From contig QPGO01000142.1 in the NCBI GenBank assembly GCA_008632985.1, positions 1 through 64,000 of the forward strand: a DNA stretch of 64,000 nt, in the 5' to 3' direction. Source of the stretch: Psammoneis japonica. Lineage: Eukaryota. Shown in pieces: positions 12,401 to 24,944 of this stretch. The notes beneath the pieces were generated by a model. The model made no database searches. It saw only the letters and a list, made by a program, of their open reading frames with translations, and was not told the DNA's origin. A program made the position numbers and the translations under genes. The first letter of the stretch is position 1; each line of letters begins with the position of its first letter.

Positions 12401-14330
12401 ATCCTTTCTGCATGTTGAGAGTTCTTGCATTCATGACACCTTGTTCATTGTTCTCTTGTGCCTCACAGTGCAATTGCAGCATGGCTGTGTGACAAATCTA
12501 ACTGATTTGGTCACAAATGAATTTGCATGTGCTCATGGTCATACACACATGACATGTCAGGGGAGACTGAGGTCTGGCTGCATGCCTCACAACTGGGCTG
12601 CCAAGGTCAACACAAAGACAATGGCAGTTGGGGTTCAATCAACAAGGGAAATGGACATCATGAAGAAGGCACCCAAGGTCATGGATGATGAGTCACTTTT
12701 GGTGGGACACCAGGGCATCAAATGCCAGCACTTGGTGTTCTTTGAAACAAAATTGCTGGATTTTGTGTGCAAGGCATGCTGTGTTGTGGCAGGGACACCA
12801 TGCTGCCAAATCTCCAACAACTTTAACATGCACAAGCATTGCATCTCATGAGAGTGTGAAAACTGTCTTTGCTCTTCTGGTGCTGCTTCAAACAGCAAAA
12901 AGATGACTGCAATGGCAGCTCCAGGTTCAACCTGAGTTTAAACCTGATGCCAGCAAAAAACAATTGTCCAGTGGGTGTTGCACAGTTTCAAAAGCACAAG
13001 TGCATCTTTCAGGAATCACCCAGCTTTTGCAAGCACCACTTGGGTTTTGGACCATGTCTGGCTGACCAGGATGTGTGGCTCAGCCAAATGCCAAGAAGGA
13101 AGAAGCCAGGGCTGCACCATGCTGCCATGGTGATGTGTGCTGGCGGTGCACCATGATGCCACAAAGGCTTGGAAGAAGGTGCCAGGTCACTGCTTGAAGA
13201 AAAAGCCAGGCTTGGTTGGCAACCCTGAGACATGCCTTGGAAGAAAAGCTTGCCAAGCCCAGCTGCCAAGTGCCAAGTGGATTGCAGCTTAAGGCACGAG
13301 CTCCAGCAAGTGCACCCAGCAGGTCATCAAGAACATCAAGGCTCTTATTTTTGAATGGGATGAGTTGAGAACAGATGTTGCCACATGGGGTGGCAGCCTT
13401 TCCTGCATGACTGCCGTCCAGAGTTGGGTGTGCGTGCGACCAGCTTGAAGTTGATGATGCTCAGTTTTTGCCAATCTCAGCTCATTTTTGCAGGGACATT
13501 GTTCAGCAATTCTGAGCAATGTGCCCCAAGCTCCAGGCAAGGAAGTGGCCTTAAGGCAGGTTGTTTGTCAATCAACTCAGATCATGCAAATGACAAGTTG
13601 ACAGGGCATTTGTGCAACCAGGTGTTTCATCTGTTTGAGCATGGGCCTGGTGGCACAGCTTTCCAAGCACCATTTTTTGAAGTCTCAGCACTTGAAGCCA
13701 AGTTCATGGCCATGAAGCAAGGCATTTGCATGGTTTGAGGTGCAAGAAGCTGAGAATGATGGGGTGTGCCAATGTCCAGAGTCCACTTTGAAAAATGAGT
13801 TAAACTCCATTTTTGGTGTCATGCCATCAGGGAGACAGAGGCAATGGGACAATCTCTTGCTGGACATGTCAGATCAGAGTGCAATCCAGTGGATCTAATG
13901 ACCAAGATCATGTGTGGTGGCATGGAGCAAGATGGACTGGTGTGGGGATGATTGAGAAGCAGGTTTGTGATTGGGTTCCATTTTCATTGCAGGTTGTTGG
14001 GCTTCCCTTGTTGCTCAACAGCAACTGAATGCAGCCAGGAGGTAAACTGGATCAAGCCAATTTGCTGTCCACCTTAACAACTTGAGCAGACTGAAGAAAT
14101 TGCCACATGGAAAACAGAGAACTGCCATCAGGTTGACATGCATGCATTTAGATTTGGCGATGTAGAGCAGCTCAGTGACATCCGAGATTGGAGCTCAATT
14201 CTTCTTAAGTGGCAGGATGTCACAACAATTTTACTTTTGTTCACTCTGTTGCATGCAGGGACATAAATACAATGTTTATATCCCTGGTTGCATGCCACTG
14301 CAGGGTGTTTTTTATTCAATGGGCATACTT
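6415..14330. mobile_element. Hypermutated repeat/TE block A (TpA- and CpG-depleted; families not confidently identified)
   Basis: Nearly no TA or CG over ~8 kb; excess TG/CA; ORFs essentially lack Tyr and are rich in C/H/Q/M/W. Confidence 0.75.
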
Positions 14331-14371
14331 TCCTGACCACACTCCATCGTGGCGCGAGTCTATGTGTTAAC

Positions 14372-14756
14372 CGTCTGATCTGTGTTTCACGTCGGTCCAA
14401 GAGCATGTCGCAAAGTCACAGACATGCGGAAATAATGAACTTTTAGCACTTTAAAGTCGTGACTTCGAGAATCTCTGCTCTAGACGTGTTTGCCACCAAC
14501 ACAGTTTGTGGCGTGAGCTGTAACAAATTCATGATGATAGAGTTGGACGCTGCACTGTTTTGCCTCATCTCAACCGGGACCATATCACGGTGTCACAAGG
14601 CCAGAGCCAAGGCTGGTCATAACTAGCATGACTCAGCCACATTGGCAGTGCTGTCGCCCACAGGACAAGTACTTTCCCTGTATACTTTCCAGCATGTGCG
14701 GGAACGTAGATCAATCACCTTATCACCCAGCATTCTGAAATAATCGATCCCATCCA
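14372..14756 (-). pseudogene. Scrambled partial duplicate of the amidinotransferase gene
   Basis: Three joined pieces matching ~4223-4460, ~5775-5859 and ~4814-4900, out of original order. Confidence 0.9.
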
Positions 14757-14759
14757 TGA

Positions 14760-15171
14760 AAGCCGCTCGGTGTAAGCCCAGAGAGTCTGTGAGGCATATT
14801 CAAAAAGGAACACGGTTCGCATCGATCAACAACCCGGCCACCCGATCCCGCTGCACGATGTCCAGTGGACTACAATCCAACCACGCGATCGGCATCCACC
14901 TGCTCACTTTGATTTTCAGAGTCCCCGGACGACGTCGCATCACCCGCGCATCAGTGGTCTCGGGGAGATTTTTGGGTGTCTCCTCCATTTCATTGATATC
15001 AAGCGCGAAAGCACTGGCGTCCAAATCGAGTCCGGTCATTTCCAACGATCCGGCTATGCGTCAAAAACCTCTGCGACTCGCCCTCGAAAATCGTCAGGCA
15101 TCACCACTAGCATGCGGTCGTGCGAGATTCGCGGGTGCGTCGTCTACTGTAGAGGTTCGGCGTTGAAACAC
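14760..15171 (-). pseudogene. ftsQ: Decayed bacterial ftsQ fragment (POTRA region)
   Basis: GTG start ~10 nt after the ddl stop; ...LPETTDARVMRRRPGTLKIKVSRWMPIAWL...GLLID resembles FtsQ POTRA and the following strand; stops/frameshifts; ddl-ftsQ is the canonical dcw order. Confidence 0.65.
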
Positions 15172-15181
15172 GGGTCGTTGC

Positions 15182-16111
15182 TTAGGTTCGGGCGGTGAGA
15201 GAAATCTCAGCAATCCGAACGCAAAGTTCACCAAATGACAGGCCTCCTTCCTTCCCCGACATCGGCAAAAGGCTGGTTTCCGTCATCCCTGGAATAGTAT
15301 TGACTTCTAAAACGTAAGGATCCCCTAGCGAGTTTAACAGCACATCCACCCGGGAGTAAACCTCAATTTCCAGAGCATCATAAGCTTTCTTCGCTGCAGC
15401 CTTCACCACGGCCTCTTCGTCGGCCGTAAGGGCCGCCGGGCAGATATACTGGCTGCCTCCCGATTTCCCGCTCAACCACGGGTATTTCGTCTCCATGTCA
15501 TACCATCCTCCGTCCGGAGGGATGATTTCCACCACCGGAAAGGTCTCTCCACCAATAACCGCCACGGTAAGCTCCCGGCCTTCGACGAATTCCTCTACTA
15601 GGAGCTTTTTATCGTATTGCGCCGCATGCTCCATGGCTGGCAAGGCCTCTTCCTTGGTCTTCACGACCCGAACTCCCACACTCGATCCCTCACGCGGCGG
15701 CTTTACCACAAAAGGCACCAGCATTTCTGGTAGTTTCACTCCATCCGAACAATCGACGATTTCCGAAGCCGGCGTCGGCACCCCCTTCTCCAAAAAACGC
15801 CGCTTGCTGAGACGCTTGTCGAAAGCAACCTCGCTCGTCTCCGCCCCCGCCCCGGTATAGGGAATATTGAGCCCTTCCAGATACCGCTGCAGCCTACCAT
15901 CCTCACCAAATGTTCCGTGGATAACATTGAAGACCAATCCCGTCCCTTTTGGGATCTCCGGCGTCTCGTCGCTGACCTCCACAGCCACCGCATTGAATCC
16001 CTGATCCTGCAGCGCCTTCAAAACCGCCTTTCCCGATGCAAGTGAGATATCCCGCTCCGTTCCCGGTCCGCCCATCAGGACGGAGATCAACAAATCACGA
16101 TCCAATTTCAT
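15182..16111 (-). CDS. ddl: D-alanine--D-alanine ligase, bacterial type, intronless
   Basis: GGPGTERDISLASG, HGTFGEDG, IPYTG, VKPPREGSSVG, EEFVEGRELTV, YDMETKY, LEVNTIPGMTETSLLP; 309 aa intact. Confidence 0.95.
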   Translation of the reverse strand: MKLDRDLLISVLMGGPGTERDISLASGKAVLKALQDQGFNAVAVEVSDETPEIPKGTGLVFNVIHGTFGEDGRLQRYLEGLNIPYTGAGAETSEVAFDKRLSKRRFLEKGVPTPASEIVDCSDGVKLPEMLVPFVVKPPREGSSVGVRVVKTKEEALPAMEHAAQYDKKLLVEEFVEGRELTVAVIGGETFPVVEIIPPDGGWYDMETKYPWLSGKSGGSQYICPAALTADEEAVVKAAAKKAYDALEIEVYSRVDVLLNSLGDPYVLEVNTIPGMTETSLLPMSGKEGGLSFGELCVRIAEISLTART

Positions 16112-16169
16112 CGGGGCCGAATGTCTCTCTCTTCAATTTTCAATTCTGCCGCAGTCTTTCAACATCATT

Positions 16170-16170
16170 C

Positions 16171-16205
<35 letters not shown>
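16170..16205 (+). repeat. (CAA)n microsatellite, ~12 units
   Basis: Perfect CAA/AAC run between the bacterial segment and block B. Confidence 0.95.
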
Positions 16206-16214
16206 AACTGGTAT

Positions 16215-17490
16215 GTCAAAAGTCAAAAAATGTCAACGCAAAAATTGAATTCTGACGGTCTGGCCGCGTGTCAGTTGGTGTCAAGTGAAGGTCTGGCCAC
16301 ACCCACAACATGTCATGTCGATTCAAGGGATTGTTCTTTAGCTTTCGGTCATTGTTCTTTTGCAATCGCGACAGCAACAGGTTGGTTGTTCTGCACTCTT
16401 TTCTGGGCTCATTTTCATTGTGGAAGCCCACAGTTGTGAGGGGACAAATTGGTGTGCATTTTTGTGTGCCAAAGACAAGAATCTTGTGAACTCTGGGCAT
16501 TTTTTTTGAACTGGTCACAGAAACTGTGCCAGTTTTGCATGTGCAGGCTGCATGTTTCAGCAACAGCCACCAAAGCAGCAGTGCTCCCCTGTGTTTGTGG
16601 GGTCCCATGATGAATTTCATCCACTGAAAAGCAACGGGAGACTCGCCATGCATGTTTTGCACAAGAGACAACACGGAGACATGAACAAATGGGCCTGGTG
16701 AGCAGCTCATCTGATGCCACCAAACAGCATCAAGTGAGTGTGAGTTTGACATTGCAGGCAACAGGTTTCAGAAATGTGTGCACTGAAAATGCAGCTCACA
16801 CCTTTGACCAGTGCTCTGCTCAAAAGGATTTTGTGAGACACGCGCCACATGTTGTTGCACAACATGCAGCTCTGGTGCACTGCCTGAGAGGACACCAGCT
16901 GTGAACACTGGGTTTTGAAAGCACATGGTGTGAGCCACTGGCTGATCACCCAGCATTTGCTGCTGCTCACTGTGGTGAACAACGGGAGGCAGGTTTTGCT
17001 GCTTTGGAAGATGCTGACATGGCTCGTGAAATTTGAAGCTGACATGACCAAAGTGGAGAAAGATCTTGCAGCTTGCATGATTGCAGATGTGTGTGCAAAC
17101 CTTGGAATGGTTGCAATTAAAAGGGGGTTGTGGCTTTGGCTTGGTCAGTTCGTGATAAAAAAAAGGGGCACACCATTGCGGGGGCAAAACTTTTTGCGGC
17201 AGCTGAGGTTGCTCCAGAGTGATGCCATGTTCAATGCCAGTCAGCTCAAACTAGTTGAAAATGAAAGGGGGAAGGTGGCTGTGGCACACATGACGTGAGT
17301 GCCTGCTTTTCAACCAGCTGGTGTCACACAGAGAAGTTGGGAGAGGAGTGACAAAAGCACCTTTGCGCTTTGCTGCATGTGCTTTAGTTGGTCCAAACAA
17401 CTTTCAAATGACAAAGAGCGTTGTGTGTGCCAGCTGCTGTTTGTTGGCTTGGCACTTGGCAAAGGCAGTGGTCAAGTTATCATGATGTGC
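16215..17490. mobile_element. Hypermutated repeat block B
   Basis: Same TpA/CpG-depleted composition; weak inverted similarity between ~16251-16272 and ~17526-17543. Confidence 0.65.
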
Positions 17491-17727
17491 TGAAGAAGGA
17501 GTTTTTGGGCGGTCGCTTGGCTGGCGACACCCAGACTGTCCGACCGGAAGCTCGCGCGCGAATGCGCGTTTTTCGCTCATCGCTTCCTTCTTCCTTCCCC
17601 ATTCATCAGTGACTCAGCACCGCGATGGCCACAAATTGCACCATGACATCGGGTGCAGCGATTAATCAACGGCGCCTCATGCCGATGCAAAAGCTATGGT
17701 AACACATGCAGAGTCGTGGACACTGAC

Positions 17728-20557
17728 ATGTCTTGCTTGGGTGGAATTAACGTTTGCCGAAAATACGGGTTTCGTACTGTTGCGCTCCTTTGCTATTCTG
17801 CTGTTTCGTCCTTTGCCTTCACCATTTTGAGCGGTAGCAGTTCCCAACGAATCGCAAAGTCTAGAAGATATGGCACCACAGCCTTCTTCGCTAAACGTTA
17901 CAAAGCTGCCGGCATCCCTTCAACTAGTCCTGAAGAATCTTTTCGACACTTCAGCAGTACATCGGAAAGTATGATCTTCACCTAGTGATGTTGGATCATT
18001 ATGATTCCTACACCTACAATCTTTACGATATGTTCGCCACACTTTGTCAAACCCCCCTCTCGTGATTGCTGCTGATGCTTTTCCATCATGGACAGATCTG
18101 GAAGAATACCTTAAGCTGCACCAAGGTTCTTCACAAGCCGTGGACGGCTTAATCTTGTCGCCTGGACCTGGAAATCCCTCACGTGCATCCGATATGGGGG
18201 TAACAATAGACGCGATCCAACAGAATTCGCAACTGCCAATTTTCGGTGTGTGTTTGGGACATCAAGCCTTAGCTCATGTCTACGGTGCGAACGTTACACT
18301 TGCACCCAAAGGCCCACGACACGGAGAGATTTCCGCAGTTCATCACAAACAGCACATGATACCGACATTTACAACTTGTGGCGAGACGTACCTGAACAGT
18401 TGGATGTGGTTCGTTATCATTCCCTAGTAGTTGATGCACCACTTCAAGAAAACAATGGTTCGGGCTCATTGTTAAACGGCGGGATAGAAAACGCTGCGCC
18501 TACTTTGCCATCAGGGTTGAAAGCAACAGCCTGGAGTTTTGACGACAAAGTTCCTATAATTATGGGGCTACAACACACTGAACTGCCTCATTTTGGAGTT
18601 CAGTTTCACCCTGAAAGCATTGGGACCCAGTATGGATATAAAATCATTGAGAATTTTTGTCGTATATGTCAACATCAGAAATCCGTTTCAAAACCAAGGA
18701 AATGGATAAGACAACCAAACTTGATTTCACCGACTACCGATGAATTACCCGTTGCTGAGGGAAGCAGAAATTTACAAACAAGCCCGTACCAAGTCTTGGT
18801 TCACAGGGTAGACATTCCAAAGGCGACACCTGCTGTAACACCATTGGTTGTGTACGAAAGGCACTTTGGGAATTCATCACATTCCTTTTGGTTGGACAGT
18901 GGCGAAAGCGTGGGAGAGTTCGACAAAAAATGATTCGTCATCTGTAGTTTCTCGATTATGGGCGGAAGTGATGGGCCACTTCATCATCGTTTGGAGTATT
19001 ACAACGAAGAGCATGTCTGCCAGGTGAAAGGATTGCGCCTGATTACGAAAGATCCGTCAACAGGACACGACAACGAGGAATCCTCAAGCATGATATTCTA
19101 ACTCATTTGAAGCGGTCATTATCATCTAGTTCGAGGACGAACGATGTAACATTTGTTTCTTTCTCTCGAGCAAAGAGCAAACGGAAATATAATTAACGCC
19201 TGTCCCAGACGTCCCAGCTGTTGACGGTATTGTGAATGGAGTTGCAGAAGAAGGAAACTTTTCACAGAACAAAAGTCTTCCATTTGAATATCGAGGGGGT
19301 TACGTGGGCTTTTTGGGTTATGATGTTCGAAAGGAAGCATTGCGGTTGCTGCAAGAAATGGAGCTAGGAAGTCCACAGAAAACGCCTTGCACGAGTGGAT
19401 CTGGTCACACTTCTCCGATTCCCACTTCGTACTTTCTATTTGCGGATCGAAGCTTAGTCTATGACCATCGAGACAAAGAATGGTACCTTGTTGGAGTCGC
19501 AAAGACCGGCTCAACAGAAAGTTTGGATAACGTTGTCGGATGGATGCAGGGATTGGAATCCAAAATTATATCCTTATCTTGCTCCGCCGCTCCTACATTT
19601 CAAACAGATGCACAGAGCTCCGCCGAGAGTCTGAGAGCTGACTCAGCTGGAAGTGAGTCGCCTGTAAAGTTTGTTCCGAATAGATCACGGCGACAATACA
19701 AACAAGATATCGCCTCTTGTCATGAGAAGATTCGCTTAGGAGAAAGCTACGAACTGTGCTTAACCAATCAAATAGAGGCTGATGTGGCCGCATCGTCATC
19801 TCCGTTAGAGTTAATCATCTCATCGCCAAAGTTTGCAATTTGCTGTTCGTCTCCGGAACGTTTCGTCTCTGTAAAGCGACATGTGCCTCAACCGAGTCGC
19901 CAAGCTGACAACCAAGAAGCCTTCTTTCAGCTGGAATCGAAACCTATAAAAGGAACATGCGCGCGAAAGATAATACCTTCTAACAGACCACCGACACAGG
20001 CGGAGCTACGAGAAGATCAGCGTCGAGCTCACGAGTTGCAAACAAGCGTAAAGAATCGTGCAGAGAACTTAATGATCGTAGACTTGCTTCGAAATGATAT
20101 GAGTCGGGTTTGTCAGACGGGCACTGTGCACGTCCCGAAGCTCATGAAGATCGAGAGTTTTGCAACTGTACATCAAATGGTTTCGACAATTCGTGGAACT
20201 TTGCTGAAGAATAGCACGGCAGTAGATGCGCTGATTGCGTGTTTTCCCGGCGGAAGTATGACAGGTGCCCCAAAGTTAAGAAGTGTGGAGATCCTAGAAG
20301 AGCTCGAGCTTGGTGTTAGTCGCGGCGTATACTCGGGAAGCCTTGGCTATCTCAGTCTAAACGGAAGTATGGACATGAACATTGTCATCAGGACTGCATG
20401 CCTGGAGCCGTCCGCAAAACGCAACTCATGGAAAGTCAGCATTGGCGCTGGTGGTGCCATCACGGCATTGAGCGAATCAGAAGACGAGTACGAAGAAATG
20501 TTGCTCAAAGCAAGAGCAGTGGTGGAAGCTGTCCAAGCATGGGCAGATGGAGCCTAA
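17728..20557 (+). CDS. pabAB: Aminodeoxychorismate synthase (PabA-PabB fusion), several apparent frameshifts
   Basis: GATase motifs DHYDSYTYNL, LSPGPG, FGVCLGHQ, RYHSL, GVQFHPES; PabB motifs GESYELCLT, SSPERF, KPIKGT, KNRAENLMIVDLLRND, FPGGSMTGAPK. Possible bipartite plastid presequence (VSSFAFT). Confidence 0.88.
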
Positions 20558-20622
20558 GTAAGGTACCGTAGGAATGAGCCCTGTACACTCAAAAATGTCT
20601 GACATCGCAATCAAATCATGTC

Positions 20623-22755
20623 CTATGGCTTCTCCTGATGCGACAGGCGGAAGCCATGCGACACTCTCGACTGGATATCAGCCGGAAACTCCGGGGTGCA
20701 TGCAGCAGACACTTCAACGTCACTGAGATGTCCGTTCTTACACTGGCATTTCACCAGTACTGGGAACTTTGGTTTCTCAATTTCTTCGTTCTGCTCGTTG
20801 GCCAGCTGGAACTGCGCTTGTAGTTGAAATTTCTCACCACCACCAAGTTCTGCGACGCACCAGATAACACTGCGTTTTGCAGCATTCCAAACTCCGCCGG
20901 ATGGGACCGTTGTCAAGGTCTCGCCAATGATCTCTTCCGGCACACCCATTATGATAGTCAGGTCAACTAAATCTGCCTCGTTGGCGGGGTTCGAACTTAT
21001 CTGCAGGGCGACGCGACAGTGAGATGGGTACACTCGAACACGAGTTCGCACTCGCTGCCAAAAACGAAACAAAGTTGCGAAGAAAGAAGGGTGACATTGT
21101 CAGCCACAGAGTCATCAAAGAAACCCATGGCATAGATTGCCAAAATATATGGTACTTACAATGGGCACTGGACGCAGTTGACTACCACATCTGTACCTAA
21201 CAATTGGAAAATACTCCTCTGCATTGCCGTTTCTGTGCGGTGACACCATGTATGCGTACTGTCGAGAATCCTCTAAAGTCTTCTTATCTGTCACGTCGCT
21301 AGCGTATCTATTGTTTTCTTGAATGGCCTTGACATGATGAGAGGGATCCCGAAGCAGCAAATGAAAGGGAATGTTGTTCTCGTCATCGAATCTGACTTGT
21401 ATCTTTTCCATTAAACGGAAACGAGATTGCCATAGTTAGCGAAAGGGCATTCCAAAAGCTGGACACAAAAAGGTTCACACTCACCTGGATCACACCTTCA
21501 ACCATGCAGGATGAAAACTTTGACTGCTTGTAAGAGCAAACAAGGTCCTCGCTTTGGTGGATGTTCACCTCGATCAGAGACTGTTCAACAGAATCCACAG
21601 CAGCGTCCACAGCAGCATCCTCGGCATTGGTCTCTTCATCACTTGTCTCGGAAATTTCCTCCTCGATGGAATGCGAAGCCTCGGCATCTTCGTCCGAAAT
21701 ATCACTTGATACATCGATTCGGAAACAGCTTCGTTTTTCTCAGGTGTCGGACGATCAGCTCCACTTGCTTCGCTTTTCTCTCCAGTAGAAGACGTTGTCG
21801 CAATCTCAAACGGATCAAAACGAGGCTTAGGACTACCATCCGTTGCAGGCGATTCGGCATTTTTGGGAGAAGACAAGGTCTGTGTAGATTTTCCGTCGCT
21901 CGCGGTGCTTTTCTCTGAAAGAAATGCTGCACTACCAGGGAACGATGTCGGAGATAGTGCTTGGTGCTGTTCTGCAACTGGAGAATGATATTCAGGCTCA
22001 GAAGAAGCAATACTCCGACTGCTACTGGCGACATTTCTTCGTCTGATTGGAGGTTGATCTTTACGAGGCGCCGACAAGGTGGGAATAATGGGTGAAGTTG
22101 CACCCCGAAAGCCTTTGCGAGAAGAATTAACAGCTGAAGGCGAAATGATGTTGGACTCGAAAGCATCTTGTCCGTTTTCGACTTCCGCATTGCCGCCGGC
22201 AGACGGTGTTGGAGGAATTTCCTCCTCGCAAAGAAAATCGTCCATTGGAAAATCATGGATTTTGCTTTTCTTGTTCCTTCTCTTCATTCTTGACCTGAAA
22301 GATGTCGCATGAGACAGCGGTGTTGCACCACCATCCGTCGTTTGTTCGTCAAACTTTGAAAGAAACGAGTCGGTTTCGGCAACTGAAAAAACCGCAAACT
22401 GCTCGGCAATAGTTCGCGCGTGTTGCGACGAGGTTGCATCTTTACGGCGGACCAGAGTGTTGGTCGAATATGCTCCAAGTCGGTGTTTATTAGAAGATTG
22501 ATGATGAGGGCGGAACTTCTTGAGGCTCTTTGAGGCACTGCCACTTGTAATGGCAGCAACCACTGGAGCTGACGTAGCGGCGTCTGGTAATTCTCTCGCC
22601 TCGTCCAGTAGACGAGACTCATTTTCATCACGTGATCTCCAAATATCACTGTGACTTGAAATTAAGCTAGACATCAAGCTCGAAGAGATCAAACTGTGAA
22701 TTTCTTTCTGCTTTTTCTTGTCGATCGAAGATATGAGCGTTGATAAATGAGCCAT
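20623..22755 (-). CDS. Protein with long Ser-rich disordered N-terminus and C-terminal mu-homology (muniscin/stonin-like) domain, multi-exon
   Basis: C-terminal PIVRYRC...TTVPSGGVWNAAKRSVIWCVAEL...FQLQAQF...FPVLVKC resembles an MHD; GT-AG introns near 21.1 and 21.45 kb; one apparent frameshift near 21.7 kb. Confidence 0.6.
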
Positions 22756-23515
22756 GAGATTTCTGTCGTCATTAACAAAAGGTGTCTGGGTTGGGTTGAC
22801 GTTTCCAACACAAATGACAAGAAGTTGGGAAGCTCTTTTCTTCCCATTTTTGTTTTCATTGTGGACATGTGTGCTTATCATAGACCTGCCCCCAACAGAA
22901 TACTCCGTTTGACTTTGACACGCTCGGACCTGAAGTTCTGCTTCACCGCGATCCTGGCGGCAGTACAGAAAAAGGGGAAGCAACAGAAACAAAGGTGCCA
23001 TAACTCGAATCCTCTGATCCATCCTTAGGGAGAAAGTAGAGACTAACATGGTCCGGGTAACGTGACACTCTGGAACATCCTTGAAGGAGCTGCATCTCAT
23101 TGCCGTCTCCTATTACTATTACCGGTCTTACGCGTCGTGTGAACGTTGACTGCACGATTATGCTTCTGTTGTCAGTTTGTCAACCGCGCGGCGCGCGCGC
23201 GGTTCGCACAACCGGACTGGTGGAGCCTCGGAACCCTCTCTACTGCTAAGTCGACTGTAACAGAGGGGCCCTCTACTAGAGAGTAGAGGCCCTACTACTC
23301 CGAGTAGCTAGCTCTGAGCTCTAGTAGAGAGACTTTGCCATTGGCTTAGCCTTGCTGATATCGTTTCTGCCCGATGGCATTGGATCGTACGAGAAATTGT
23401 GATCGCGCTCGCCCTCAAATCACACCCAATGCAACTCGATCTCAATGGCATGATTCAACAACACCAGTGCTACTGTATGGAAAAGCACGGCCAATTAGGA
23501 AAACTAAATTAGGTA

Positions 23516-24732
23516 TCAAATTGAGACTTTGCAAAAAAGCGAAGAAACGGTTTCATTCCAGTTTCTTTCATGATTTGCAATGCTTCCACTTGGGATTCCA
23601 GCACCCGCAGCTTGTCTTTTTCGGTAAAGTTCTCGATCCAACTTTCTCTCTTTCTGCAGTCCGCCGTCCGGTTCTCGGACGCGAGGAGACACCATGTTTA
23701 TGGCTGCCGAAACGCCCCGCCCTTGTCGCTTGAGCTCATTGCGATACCCCTGGATTTGCGCGGCACGGAGCTCTGCAGATACTTCTTCTCGTTCCTGCAA
23801 GAAGAACCAAGTTTATGAGTCTCTACAATCAGATTCAATGAATAAACACAGCGTGAACTCACCCCAAGCAGCACTTCGGTAGACTCTTGTTTGAGCTTAC
23901 GTTTGGTTAGAGCTATTGCCCTCTCCTCCTCTTGGAATTCCCGCTTAAGCCTTGCTGTTTCCCTTAGTTCAGCCGCGATTCTAAAGCAAGCAAGCAAACA
24001 GCGACACAGAGATTGTTTTAAACTATTGAAAGGCCAAGTCCAGCAAGCACAATTCACAAGATAATTTCACATACCGTTCTTCAATGGTTCGCTCTTCGTC
24101 CGCTCGCTGACTCTGCCGAATCACGATTTGGGACTTGTTGGCTTCTTCATATGCCTTTACCTTTGCTTTTGCATCTTCTGCGTTTGGTTCTTCATTCACA
24201 ATGCTATATATTACTCCTCGACTTCTTCAAGATAGTTGTTGTACTCTAACAGATTTGGAAAGTCGCTTTCAACCTTGTTGAAAACCTTCATTACACGCCT
24301 TCTCCAGCTGTGTCCTTCTCACACTGAACATCGTCTAGAGTCCTTTTGGAAAGTGTCACTTTTTTCACTGGTGTTTCGCAAATGGGACACGGAAATTCCT
24401 GACGACGCCAACGGAGATTTTGGTTAAGAGCGCTGCTGCATGATGATTTGTTTGCACAGATAAACAGATTCATGCCCGCAGATTTACTCACCTTTTTCCT
24501 CGCAAGTTCTCGTTCCACACAGGGCGTGCAGCTGCATTTAATTTAAGCGGAAAAATGTGAGCACGATATACAAAAAGAACAGCAACGAAGAGGGGAGGTC
24601 AACTCACAATTGATGCCCGCAGCGCACATTCGCGTTCGTTTGCAGAGAGCTTTGCGACGTTAGATTTGACGAGTCGCCTTCCGAGACCCCGCATTTAGCG
24701 CACCGGAATAACTCATCGTCTTCTTCCATCAT
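23516..24732 (-). CDS. MAT1: CDK-activating kinase assembly factor MAT1/Tfb3, multi-exon
   Basis: RING CAKC...CGHQ...CTPCVERE...CPICETP, then [31 protein letters not shown], then coiled coil. Confidence 0.85.
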
Positions 24733-24944
24733 CTTGCTGTTGGGGTTATTGTTACAGTTTATATGCAAAGATCGAGAGAGACGGTGTTCGTGGCATTGGT
24801 CTCTCTAGAGTTCCGCACTTGCAGGTTTTTGCTGTTGTGTTCGATCTTCGATCTTCCACACTTTCAACTTCGGACGCACTTCGGCCAGATGTTTTTGCGC
24901 GCATTGCTGCGTTCGTGCAATTCTACGTGTCTCTAGTACTTAAT

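Noticed and set aside
6415..14330. Dense overlapping C/H/Q/W-rich ORFs in mutated blocks as novel genes or an alternative genetic code
   Set aside because: Loss of TpA removes TAA/TAG stops and Tyr codons in all six frames, which inflates ORFs; flanking genes use the standard code.
16170..16205. (CAA)n as telomere or LINE tail
   Set aside because: Not a TTAGGG-type repeat and no adjacent recognisable LINE 3' end.
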